DNA of 37,927 bases from contig NW_003526945.1 in NCBI RefSeq assembly GCF_000181795.1, positions 1,017,766 to 1,055,692 of the forward strand. Direction: 5' to 3'. Of the stretch, positions 24,357 through 35,972 are shown in pieces. Under the pieces are notes generated by a model that did no database searches, was not told the origin of the DNA, and was given only the letters and a program-made list of their open reading frames with translations. The translations under genes were made by a program, and so were the position numbers. Position 1 is the stretch's first letter, and every line of letters starts with the position of its first letter. Source of the DNA: Trichinella spiralis (Eukaryota).

Positions 24357-26716
24357 TTGATATTAAAATAAATTCAAATAAAACTATTAATATTAACATG
24401 AAATAAATTAAAATAAATACACAAAATCAAGTAAAATAAAATACGTTCGTTTTTCACTGAATTTATAAATTTCATTTAAAGTATGGGAAAAGAAAAGCGC
24501 CACTTTATTTTTTAATAAAGCTGTTGATTTCGTTCCTTTGAAATGGGAAAACGTAGAAGATGGAAACATTGCTTCAGTTTTATAAATGTAACTAGGAAAC
24601 AAAATATTTGCAAAGGCTAAATGGTTAAATGCTTGAATACAGTGATTTTTAATTGTGTACAAGTGTCATTGCAGTTTCTTACATACAGTGATCAATAGCA
24701 TCATGTATTGCTCTATTGAAAGAAAATATTTCACAATAATTTTTGCCTTCACTAAGTCAGAACTTTTCCTTTGATACTGTTTATGGTGTTTATGCGGAAA
24801 TGCAAGCCGGTAATCTGTGAACTACTTAGCACCTTGATTTGTATATTGGCACAACATGGCTAATGCAGATGACCGGCAACTAATTAGGAAAGGATTATAT
24901 GCAGCAGCTGCGGTTGCATTAAGCGACTCTGTGCTGTTGGCTATGCGGTCAGTAGGAAGCTTGAATTGCTTGCAGGCGGTCATTGTTGACTCTGAGTTGT
25001 TTTTAAACATGAATAAAACGACGGATCAAGTTTTGTACGCTTTCTTGCACCTCTGTGCTAGTAAATCTATAATCAAACAGCTTAGTGGAAGATTTCGTTG
25101 CTGATGTGATGATTAATCTAAACTAGGCAATGGCGTCGGCTTATCCGACGCGTCCCGTAGACTGTAAACTGGAGCCTAAAACTAGCGATGTCAGGTGCAT
25201 AAGCACTGCTAGTTCATTTCTTGTATCTTATGCTATCAACGTAAGCTTATTTAAATTAGTTCAGCTGAGGCTTTGCAATTCATTGAACTTTGTTTAGTAC
25301 AGTATAGAATAACAGAAATAAAGTTGACTGGACAATTGCCATAGTTTTTAATTTTTGCACTTTTTAACGCACAAAATTTGATATATTGAGCTGGTTTTTG
25401 CGGGCTGCAGAAAACCATTTCAAGTTTGATATTAATTTTACAGCTTTAAATTATTCCTACAAAAATTAGAATAGAATTCATCCTTGAACTTGATCGCTAA
25501 AACGTATAATGCAATTTCCTAACTGCTAAACAGCCAATTTCTTATTTATCCAGTTTTATTTTTCAACAATGCTCAAGGAAAACAACGTCGGTTAGTTCAA
25601 TCATTTACATTCAATAGCTAAATCAAATAATTACTGTTTATTCTCTAGAAAGCGGTCAACTAGAAGCTTGAAACTGAAATGTCAGTAATAAAAGTCATCA
25701 TCCAAGGAAATTGCAATTTAAACAGCTTTTTATGAGTTATTTAATGAGCAGCAGTTATAAATTACTTGCCCAATAAGTTATCTAATTATTAACAAATCAT
25801 AACTGTTAAAGGTTAATATAAATGAAATCAAAAATATTCTTTCATTATATTTTTTATTTAATGATTTAATAATTCATTAATATTCCACATACTTTCCTTC
25901 ATTTTTGCTGAATAAAATTATCAACGTGGAGTAGAGTGAAGCAATAAATACGCTTAACGGGTAGAGTATTTTGCATTTTAAATAATAAAAAGTATTTCTA
26001 GAACAGGTAATAAACGATTTTGCTATTCAGACAGCAATATTTTAAAAAGTTTGAAATATTATAAATATAATAGAATTTCTGCTATAGAGTCAATTTTTAG
26101 TAAATAATTTTTTATTGGTATTTTAATACTGGGCTTACGCGTTCTTTAAACAGTCTGCACTTGCCGCTAACATATTCAGTGAGATTTCAATTCATATACT
26201 AATAATTTGAAATGTGATTTTGTTTAATTTTATATGGCAAATTCTGTTTGACTTTGCAGCAACGTCAGTTCTCCTAATAATTCGATGCTAAAGAAGTGAT
26301 AAATTCGAATTTATCATTAATTTATTTACTTTAATAAATTAATTTTGACTATGTAATGCCGTTTCAATGTATCAAATAATGTAAATTTAAATTAAATCCG
26401 CCGTTTTAAGCATATATGTCTTCACAAGAGTTGCATTGATACTGGATGATATATTTTAAACCGTTGCATGCTTATATTTCAGTTCATTATTAATTTTTCA
26501 GGAAAAAATGGTAATAATAAAACATTTTAAATAACAAAATAAAGTTTTGCAATGCAGCATTCCTGTTATGTGAAGGATTTTTCTCGGTAATTAACAAAGG
26601 AAGTATTATCAAATTATACCTCATTACTTCTTTAGATACAGTATTCGTATTATGATCTGCAGTGCCGATTGTGACCGTTGATTTGGATAGTTGCATTTAT
26701 CGTTTCAGTTCTTGAA

Positions 26717-28630
26717 ATGAATAACAATCAAGGATGGTACGTGATTTATTATTCATATTTAATAGTATGTAATGTAAGAAAAAATTTTTTTAAACGAATC
26801 ACATTAAGCTTTTCATATTTTTTCTGTTAAGAACTATTTTGATCTGTGAAAGTCTTTTTCTTGGAATATATATTTTATAAATATCTGTAATATAGAATTA
26901 TGTTGTTAAATGTAAAAGTTTTTGATTTTTTGAAATTTATTATTATCATTAAGTGTGCGTGCAGTTGTTGTGCATGCGATTGAAAGTATTATGTTCTGTT
27001 CCTCAGTGATTGTCTTTTCACATTTTAGCTCTAGCTCTTTGAGCTCACATACACCGTTGTATGTGGAAGTAACTGGCGAAGATGTGACAAATAAGAAGCC
27101 CCAATCGTTGCAGCCAAATTATCCCTTTCTTTACAATGATATCAGCTTTGATTTGCCATATAAATGGATAAGAAATGTATATACATTTATTTAATATTGG
27201 AAAATGTTATACTGATTTTAGGACGAGGCATTTTTTGAAATTGTCAGCTTTGCATCTTGGAAGAAATTATCGAATGAGCAGAAGAAGCATTTAAGGGTAT
27301 CTTTCAGTTTTCATTTGTTTCGAAATGATAGCATTTAAAATTAGAGCTTTTTGTGTGAAATGTTGGCTTGGCATTCGTAGTTTGTTATTTAGAGTGTTAA
27401 TTTTTTTTCTTTTAGAAATTTTTGCCCAAATTTGCTGACGAAGAGGAGGAAGAACAAATTGTAAAGAAAATCTTGGACCCAAAATGCAATTTTTATTTTG
27501 GAAGTCCATTGGTGAAGTTTTACGACAAACTGCAAGGTATAAGTTTTTTGTTTTATATGTTTTTTGATGAAGAATTGATTATTATTTTATTATTATTAAA
27601 ATTAATATTTCAGTTGGATGGTATCATCGCCAAAAGCGACCGGTATTTCAGTATTTGCTTAACAGTCAGCGTATGCAATATGAAGTTTTCATACGAAATT
27701 ATTACTCATCTATGTTGAAAACTTTGATTGTTCGCCGACAAGTGAGATTTGTTATTATTAGTAGTAGTATAATTATTGTGTTAAATATATGATATTCAAA
27801 ACATTTATGTATACATATACATATGATTTTTTGTAGAAAATTTTGAGTGCTGTTGTTGAAAGCAATCCTATACCAACTTTTGATAAACCTCGGAGCGTTT
27901 TGACAAATCGTCTCAGTGATTCTGCATTGTACCGCCGTGCAATGATGCGGGCACGTTTGTGAGTATATTTGAGTTTTCATTTGGACAACGTGTGAATTCG
28001 GTTCTGGTGTAGAATTATAATGAATTGCAAAGCGAAAGTGAACGAGACGAACTATTCTTCTGACGATGAAGATATTAAAGATTTGCCAAAATTGTGCAAC
28101 ACTACTTTTCATAAATCCAGCGACGACGTGGCGACGTTGTCTTCTTTGAAACGTCTAGACTCTGTCGGTTCGTTATAGAATTTTAATAGATTTTTTATTT
28201 TATTGAACTTGAGGGAGTTTGTTTTTTAACGTGATGATTTTTTATTTAGACTTGGATCTGTACAAGTCAGTGGAAAATATCGATTTAAAGCGAATGCTCG
28301 CCGATTACCGTATTTTGAGAAAGACGAAAAGAGTATTTGTTAATTTTTTTAAATCAAATGTCAAGTGAAAATAATAATTGAATAATGATTTTGTTATTTT
28401 AGCATCATACCGCATTTGATTTTTCGGATGTTGATTTGGAAGGAATCATTGCACGATGTGGGATGCAACAGTACGCGGCAAAGCAGTTGGAAAGTGAGTC
28501 GCGTTTTCGATTCTAGTTGATATGGAAAAGTAATTAATTTTATAATTAGCGGTCTCTTTTTTTAGGAATGAAATTACGCATCAGTGGAGAAGCAGGTGCT
28601 GACTTGAAGAAGGGCAAGAAACGTCCATGA
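26717..28630 (+). CDS. NFRKB: NFRKB/INO80G-like DEUBAD-domain protein, short form ~335 aa; exons 26717-26736, 27029-27176, 27222-27296, 27416-27536, 27614-27741, 27837-27958, 28013-28167, 28250-28332, 28403-28493, 28566-28630
   Basis: Exons join in frame (1008 nt). By eye the translation follows the NFRKB N-terminus as I recall it: FFEIVSFASWKKLSNEQKKHLRKFLPKF...NFYFGSPL...GWYH...YYSSMLKTLIVRRQKIL, then RAMMRARLIIMNCKAKVNETNYSSDDED and DLKRMLADYRILRKTKRHHTAFDFSDVDLEGIIARCG. It ends in basic KKGKKRP*. The first exon, which is preceded by TTTCAG at 26703-26708, is the least certain. Confidence 0.8.
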
Positions 28631-29703
28631 CCCATGTTAAGAGAAGCATGTTATATTTTTATTAAAAATTGCACCACAGGTATTCTAGCTTTTCATTTTG
28701 TAGCTGTTCACATTATCAGTTGAGATCAGCTGTTTCTGTCTTATATTTGATGCAGAATAAAATGTAAATAAATGTATGTATTGGTTTGAATTGTACATGT
28801 TTTGAGAACTGATTTGGTGTACTTTTCTTCTTGTGAAGTAAATAATTAAAATCATGATTTTTTTCTTCTTAGTTGTCAAAATGTTAAATGAACAAGAAAA
28901 ATTTGTCATTTTAAATTTATTGAGAAATTAAATGAATCAACGAATTGATAAAATTTTTGTCGAGAGAAGACAATTGTGATTGCTGAAATGGATGTGATTT
29001 TTTTGCTGTTCACTTACAGTATGCTTCTTGAACAGCGATAAGCATTTTTGATCAGTGTTTAGTTGCTTTAGTTTTCTTCGCTTGTTATGTTAATAGAATT
29101 TATTTATTTATTTATTTATTTGGTTAAATTTCAATGTTATATTATTTTTTCAGTTGTAATGTTCTTTTCAAGAAAAGGAAAATCAAGTAGACTGATATTA
29201 ATGTATTAATGGGCATGAAATACACACTTGTGTGCGTGTGTTTTGACTCAAATTTATACATTTCAAGAGTTCTATTCTGATTTTATTTTGTAAAAGATGT
29301 TCTTTCTAATTAATTACTCGATGCAGTGCATGCGGTTTCATTTCATTTTGAATCTTTATCAAATTATTTTACTTGCTGTTTATTAAAATCACTTTGAAAT
29401 ATATTTAACAGTTGTCATTAATTTATTGTATTTCACTGTATTAAAAAGTTGAATTATTCATATGCGTACGTTGTGAATAACAGTAATATAGTGAATAATT
29501 GTTATAATAGAAATTGCTTTTTATACAATCGGATTCAAACAATCAGAAGTGAACATTTAAAGTGACTGGAAGCAGTGATTGTTACAAATGAAAAAAATCA
29601 AGTTGAAAAAATGATTATTTACGTATTTCCTGTTTTGTTGGCTCTTAATTGTTGTTTCACTACCAGTTCGCCCACTATTTTTACCAGAGCGTATAGTATT
29701 TCG

Positions 29704-29711
29704 TATAAATA
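29704..29711 (+). promoter_or_regulatory. TATA-box candidate for the cysteine-rich secreted gene
   Basis: TATAAATA about 55 nt upstream of ATG 29759. The AT-rich background makes chance matches common. Confidence 0.35.
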
Positions 29712-29758
29712 AAAGGCATGCCATTTTGGAAGATGCATTTTTGAAATCAGATACTATC

Positions 29759-31442
29759 ATGATAAGACGAATCATATTGTTGTTTACGATTGCTATGACA
29801 ATGTTCATTTTTGTCAAAGGTAATTTCCATTTTGTTCTTTAGCTTTTTTCCAAATATTTATTAGTTTAGTGCAACTTTTGAAGGATTTTTGTTGGGCCAT
29901 GTTGGCTATGAATGCACTTCAAAGCGTGAATGTTTTCAACAGTTCAGCCAATGCCGATTCGACAGATGTCTTTGCCAGAACGGTTATTCATATCATTACG
30001 TTGGTTCAAATATTTCTTGTGTGAAATGTAAATTTAAAAGAAAAACAAAACAAAAAGAAATCACCTTTTGATGATCAGCCCATTAATTTCTTCTACTATT
30101 AAGATCCAAAACTACATGAACATTGCCAGCAAGATGACGATTACAGAATCGAAAAATGTGCTGACAAGCATACCGTTTGTGTAAATGGCACTTGCGTGTG
30201 CAAACATTTGTACAAAGAAAAAGATGGAGCTTGTATTTATGACGGTGTGCATGTTATTTTTTTTGTTGAGGTATCTGTTGAAACAGTGTGAAAATTTTAA
30301 GCAAAAAAATTGATGGACCCCTGTGATCATGACCGTCAGTGCACGACGCCATTTACTCAATGTTACCAAGGTTTGTGCCATTGCCGACCTGGATTCTTCA
30401 ATATTAGTGGAACATGCAAACCATCGAGTGAGTTCATTTATTCAAATTGCAAACCGTTGAAATTATTATCAAATTCAGTTGTTTAGAATATTATTGCCCT
30501 TATGGAAAACCGTTGATGAAAAAGAATTCTGTCCATTATTGTAAAATAAGTTATAAAAAAAGCACAGATGATTGTCCTGCTGGTTCTTACTGTGTGCCAA
30601 TCAGCAACTGGATTCAAGAAGGAAATTGTAGAGAAGACAACGTTATTAAAGGTGAACAGAAGCTTTATTTCAAATTATGCAATATTTGAATTATAATTGT
30701 TGCAATAATCAAAACAGCTGAAATACTTTTTACAATTATAAAATTGTCTTACTTAAGACAGAGTAATCTTCATATGTAAATTTCAAAATAAATCACAACA
30801 GAGTTTAAATAAAAATTCAAAAAAATTTTAAATTTTAGGATTTTGCTGTCCAAAACCGCCATCGGATGTTGAAGTTAAACCGATTTGCCCTTTCGGTTCC
30901 TCTGTAACAAATGCGGCTAGCGACATTCAATGTAAAGCAGGTTGGATTCATGTTGACACTTATTCTGGGCGTCATCCAATCTGCTGCCCACGAGCGTGCC
31001 CACCTGGCTTTATTTTAATTGGAAACGACTGCTATCAAAATTTTCTGCCTCCTGGGGCACATTGTGAACATAATCAACAATGCGAATGCGGCGTCTGTGA
31101 TCACAAATTTTCAAGTAATTTACCTAAATTTGTAAACCGATGTCAAACCTAATTATGCTAAATTAATAGATAACATAGGAAAAACCTGCACCTGCAAAAA
31201 GGGAACTCTACTTTTGTATGGAAAATGTTACAGTATGAAAATTTTTGTAATTTCACTTCAAAAGTGTAGCTGAATTTCCCGTACTTTCAGAGCCTGAATG
31301 TTTCTACGGAGATCCAGCTAAGGATCCTGTAACAAACAGAACCTTATCATGTTCAGAAACCAACCTCAATTGTCCACATTCTTTCATATGCTACACTGAA
31401 TTCAATTTATGCTGTCCACTAATGCCAATTTATGGACAATAA
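29759..31442 (+). CDS. Secreted cysteine-rich modular protein (EB-module-like plus Lustrin/DC-type Cys repeats), ~375 aa; exons 29759-29819, 29884-30027, 30104-30244, 30302-30427, 30487-30651, 30839-31114, 31170-31232, 31291-31442
   Basis: In-frame splice of 1128 nt. Signal peptide MIRRIILLFTIAMTMFIFVKG, then three EB-like 6-Cys modules (e.g. PCDHDRQCTTPFTQCYQGLCHCRPGFFNISGTC), CPxG...CPxxxxC...CCP repeats, a fourth EB-like module and a final CFYGDP...CPHSFIC...LCCP repeat. No transmembrane segment seen. Confidence 0.88.
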
Positions 31443-31733
31443 CATCGGTTCGTTACAAACACTTGGAAAACATTACATGCACGTGTGAATAATATATTAT
31501 TACCATTTCAGAGACATTCATATCCATTGGCAAAGTTAAAACAATTTGACATATTTTCAGTCCCCAACTCCTAAATTAACCAAAATTGAGATAATGAAAA
31601 ATTCAACAAAAGAAAAACAAATCGTCATTTTGGAAAAATTGTTATTGTTCAACGAACTTCAGATTTTTCAATGAAAACGGTAACATTTTGCTAAACAATA
31701 AAACTACGTCAACAAACATTTCAAATTGAAAGA

Positions 31734-32458
31734 TGCTGTATAAAATAAAGCAAATGCAAGAACAAATCTCATCAAAATCAATTCCTTTCCTGGCAGAAAA
31801 TATTGACAGTTCCGATGAAAAACTTAATGAAAGCATTTTATATAAACATAAATAAAACTTATACTTTTCATTCTACTTTTTGGGCAAAATCCCATTTTCG
31901 GTTTTAATTTTCCGGAATATTTACAGACATAAGCAATCACGAACGGAGCGCACATGATCAGATTAGTTCGCAAATACATATACAGCAATGTATATTTTTT
32001 TACGATCAATTGAATTAAATGTCTGAAATTACTCCTTTTAAATAAGCATTAATTGCTGCGAATCAAAACGAAAGCGTTGCAAGGGTTTACTTTGATAAAA
32101 AGTAAACATATCATTGCATCCAATCCCTTCTACCATCATTGTCATTCATTAAGCTTCTGATATATCCCACAAGTGGGACTATTTGAATTTACTTTCCGCT
32201 AACTTGCAACGATAGAATAGCGATTTGCATAATTCGTATAATGTGTAGTCGCCCAGAGTTGACATTCATTAGAAATGCTATGAAATTAAATAATATCACA
32301 ATTTATGTCAAATTATTAAGCTCATGCATGGTATTTGTTGGAAACATTAAAGGAATCCACCAGTATGTACAATGGAAATGATTCCGAGCATCTCAGAAAC
32401 TACGGCGTATTGTAAAATAATTTTATATTTAGAACAAGCAGTTTTGTGCCAATTAAAG
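31734..32458 (+). pseudogene. Exon-like segments of an unrecognised, probably degraded gene running into the first repeat unit
   Basis: AG/GT-flanked segments 31927-31989 (ISNHERSAHDQISSQIHIQQ) and 32047-32101 (LIAANQNESVARVYFDK) are phase-compatible. Segments 32321-32362 and 32433-32458 also join in open frames across a 70-nt intron. The segment from 32154 needs a frameshift and contains a stop. No homologue recognised. Confidence 0.35.
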
Positions 32459-35412
32459 GTATGTAAAGTTGGAATAACCCGTAATCGATGATGTTTTGAG
32501 AAATTTGATAAAGTTGGTGGTTTGAGCATGTGGAATTTTTAGAAAAAAAAAGACTGGCATATTGCACGAAAAATGTTTTCAAATATGATAATTTTGGACT
32601 ATTTTCATAATTGAATTGCAATCTATGAAAAAATTCAATTAACAAGGGTTGTTAATTTTGAAAGTTTTTGTTACATTAATGAAATTCAAGAACAATTCTT
32701 GTAAAAAAACATTTATTTTTTTGGGTTTAGAAATTGATGGTTCTGTTGAAAAAAATTAATGAAACCATACCATATTTCGAATTAGTTAACATTCCTTTTT
32801 CATTCCTTTTTATTTCGACTTCTGTAAAATCCTATTCACAGTGTGATTTTTAGCAAAAATATCAACAAATACGCAATCACTAGAGGCCCAGATACGTTTT
32901 TAGTAAATAGAAAAAAATTCCCAAAAGATATTTATCAATTTCCTTAATTTCTGGAGTAAAAAATTTTTCTTGAAAATTCCAAAATTTCATGGGCTACTGA
33001 CTTGGTTGCTTTTGTGAAAATCGGCGAAAAAGATTTTTTCAATATTTGGATTTTTTTTTGTTTTTTATAATATTTTATTGATGAAAGGTAGTGTTTTGGA
33101 CTGTTTCTCCTTGAACTGCCCCGTAGTTTTAAAATAAATGGCTTTTTGAATTTGATCTTCTGTCTATTTTATTACGTAGGGATGTCGATAATCAGTAACT
33201 GTATTCCAACGGCCGCAGTAACTTCCAATTTCTGCGCATGAAACATTTCAGTCATCAAATCAGTTAAATTTTCATTGTTGTATATTTTTTTACGATCAAT
33301 TGAATTAAATGTCTGAAATTACTCCTTTTGAATAATCATTAATTGCAGCGAATCAAAACGAAAGCGTTGTAAGTGTTTACTTTGCTAAAAAGTAAACATA
33401 TCATTGCATCCAATCCCTTTTACCATCTTTGTCATTCATGAAGCTTCTGATATATCCCACAAGTGGGACTAGTTGAATTTACTTTCCGCTCACTTGCAAC
33501 GATAGAATAGCGATTTGCATAATTAGTATAATGTGTAGTCGCCCAGAGTTGACATTCATTAGAAATGCTATGAAATTAAATAATATCACAATTTATGTCA
33601 AATTATTAAGCTCATGCATGGTATTTGTTGGAAACATTAAAGGAATCCACCAGTATGTACAATGGAAATGATTCCGAGCATCTCAGAAACTACGGCGTAT
33701 TGTAAAATAATTTTATATTTAGAACAAGCAGTTTTGTGCCAATTAAAGGTATGTAAATTTGGAATAAGCCGCAATCGATGATTTTTTGAGAAATTTGATA
33801 AAGTTGCTAGTTTGAGTATTTGGAATTTTTAGAAAAAAAAGACTGGCATATTGCACGAAAATCGCTTTCAAATATGATAATGTTGGACAATTCTCATAAC
33901 TGAATTGCAATCAATGAAAAAATTCAATTAACAAGGGTTGTTAATTTTGAAAGTTTTTGTTACATTAATGAAATTCAAGAACAATTCTTGTAAAAAAACA
34001 TTTATTTTTTTGGGTTTAGAAATTGATGGTTCTGTTGAAAAAAATTAATGAAACCATACCATATTTCGAATTAGTTAACATTCCTTTTTCATTCCTTTTT
34101 ATTTCGACTTCTGTAAAATCCTATTCACAGTGTGATTTTTAGCAAAAATATCAACAAATACGCAATCACTAGAGGCCCAGATACGTTTTTAGTAAATAGA
34201 AAAAAATTCCCAAAAGATATTTATCAATTTCCTTAATTTCTGGAGTAAAAAATTTTTCTTGAAAATTCCAAAATTTCATGGGCTACTGACTTGGTTGCTT
34301 TTGTGAAAATCGGCGAAAAAGATTTTTTCAATATTTGGATTTTTTTTTGTTTTTTATAATATTTTATTGATGAAAGGTAGTGTTTTGGACTGTTTCTCCT
34401 TGAACTGCCCCGTAGTTTTAAAATAAATGGCTTTTTGAATTTGATCTTCTGTCTATTTTATTACGTAGGGATGTCGATAATCAGTAACTGTATTCCAACG
34501 GCCGCAGTAACTTCCAATTTCTGCGCATGAAACATTTCAGTCATCAAATCAGTTAAATTTTCATTGTTGTATATTTTTTTACGATCAATTGAATTAAATG
34601 TCTGAAATTACTCCTTTTGAATAATCATTAATTGCAGCGAATCAAAACGAAAGCGTTGTAAGTGTTTACTTTGCTAAAAAGTAAACATATCATTGCATCC
34701 AATCCTTTTAACCATCTTTGTCATTCATTAAGCTTCTGATATATCCCACAAGTGGGACTAGTTGAATTTACTTTCCGCTAACTTGCAACGATAGAATAGC
34801 GATTTGCATAATTAGTATAATGTGTAGTCGCCCAGAGTTGACATTCATTAGAAATGCTATGAAATTAAATAATATCACAATTTATGTCAAATTATTAAGC
34901 TCATGCATGGTATTTGTTGGAAACATTAAAGGAATCCACCAGTATGTACAATGGAAATGATTCCGAGCATCTCAGAAACTACGGCGTATTGTAAAATAAT
35001 TTTATATTTAGAACAAGCAGTTTTGTGCCAATTAAAGGTATGTAAAGTTGGAATAACCCGTAATCGATGATGTTTTGAGAAATTTGATAAAGTTGGTGGT
35101 TTGAGCATGTGGAATTTTTAGAAAAAAAAAGACTGGCATATTGCACGAAAAATGTTTTCATATATGATAATTTTGGACTATTTTCATAATTGAATTGCAA
35201 TCTATGAAAAAATTCAATTAACAAGGGTTGTTAATTTTGAAAGTTTTTGTTACATTAATGAAATTCAAGAACAATTCTTGTAAAAAAACATTTATTTTTT
35301 TGGGTTTAAAATTGATGGTTCTGTTGAAAAAATTAATGAAACCCATACCATATTTCGAATTAGTTAACATTCCCTTTTTTCATTCCCTTTTTATTTTCAA
35401 CTTCCTGTAAAA

Positions 35413-35422
35413 NNNNNNNNNN
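35413..35422. other. Assembly gap (10 N)
   Basis: Run of N inside the repeat array. Confidence 1.
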
Positions 35423-35889
35423 TACTCTTTTAGAATTATCATTAATTGCAGCGAATCATTACGCAAGCGTGGTAAGTGTCTTGTCTGCTAGAAAGTAATC
35501 ATATCATTGCATCCAATCCCTTTTACCATCTTTGTCATTCATGAAGCTTTTGATATATCCCACAAGTGGGACTAGTTGAATTTACTTTCCGCTCACTTGC
35601 AACGATAGAATAGCGATTTGCATAATTAGTATAATGTGTAGTCGCCCAGAGTTGACATTCATTAGAAATGCTACGAAATTAAATAATATCACAATTTATG
35701 TCAAATTATTTGGGCTCATGCTTGGGAATTTGTTTGGAAACATTAAAGGAATCCACCCATATGTACAATGGGAAATTATTCCCGAGCATCTCACAAACAA
35801 CGGGCGTATTTGTAAAATAATTTTTTATGTTTAAAAAAAACCAATTTTTGTAGCCAAATTAAAAGGTATGTAAAAGTTGGGAATAACCC

Positions 35890-35972
35890 NNNNNNNNNNN
35901 NNNNNNNNNNNNNNNNNNNNNNNNNNNNNNNNNNNNNNNNNNNNNNNNNNNNNNNNNNNNNNNNNNNNNNNN
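35890..35972. other. Assembly gap (83 N)
   Basis: Run of N inside the repeat array; the adjacent sequence shows homopolymer expansions typical of low-quality read ends. Confidence 1.

Noticed and set aside
24856..25104. Plus-strand 82-aa ORF (MANADDRQ...)
   Set aside because: No recognisable domain or splice context. More likely the antisense shadow of the minus-strand ORF, although it cannot be excluded.
27702..28112. 136-aa minus-strand ORF, the longest in the track
   Set aside because: Antisense to well-supported NFRKB-like exons and runs through their introns.
28630..29759. NFRKB-like and Cys-rich genes as a nematode operon
   Set aside because: The spacing is ~1.1 kb and the downstream gene has its own TATA-like motif; there is no direct evidence for co-transcription.
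32347..35224. Duplicated minus-strand ORFs (60 aa and 81 aa) as tandem genes
   Set aside because: Their identity only reflects the DNA repeat. The ORFs are altered or absent in the variant copies, and the splice-like signals are on the plus strand.
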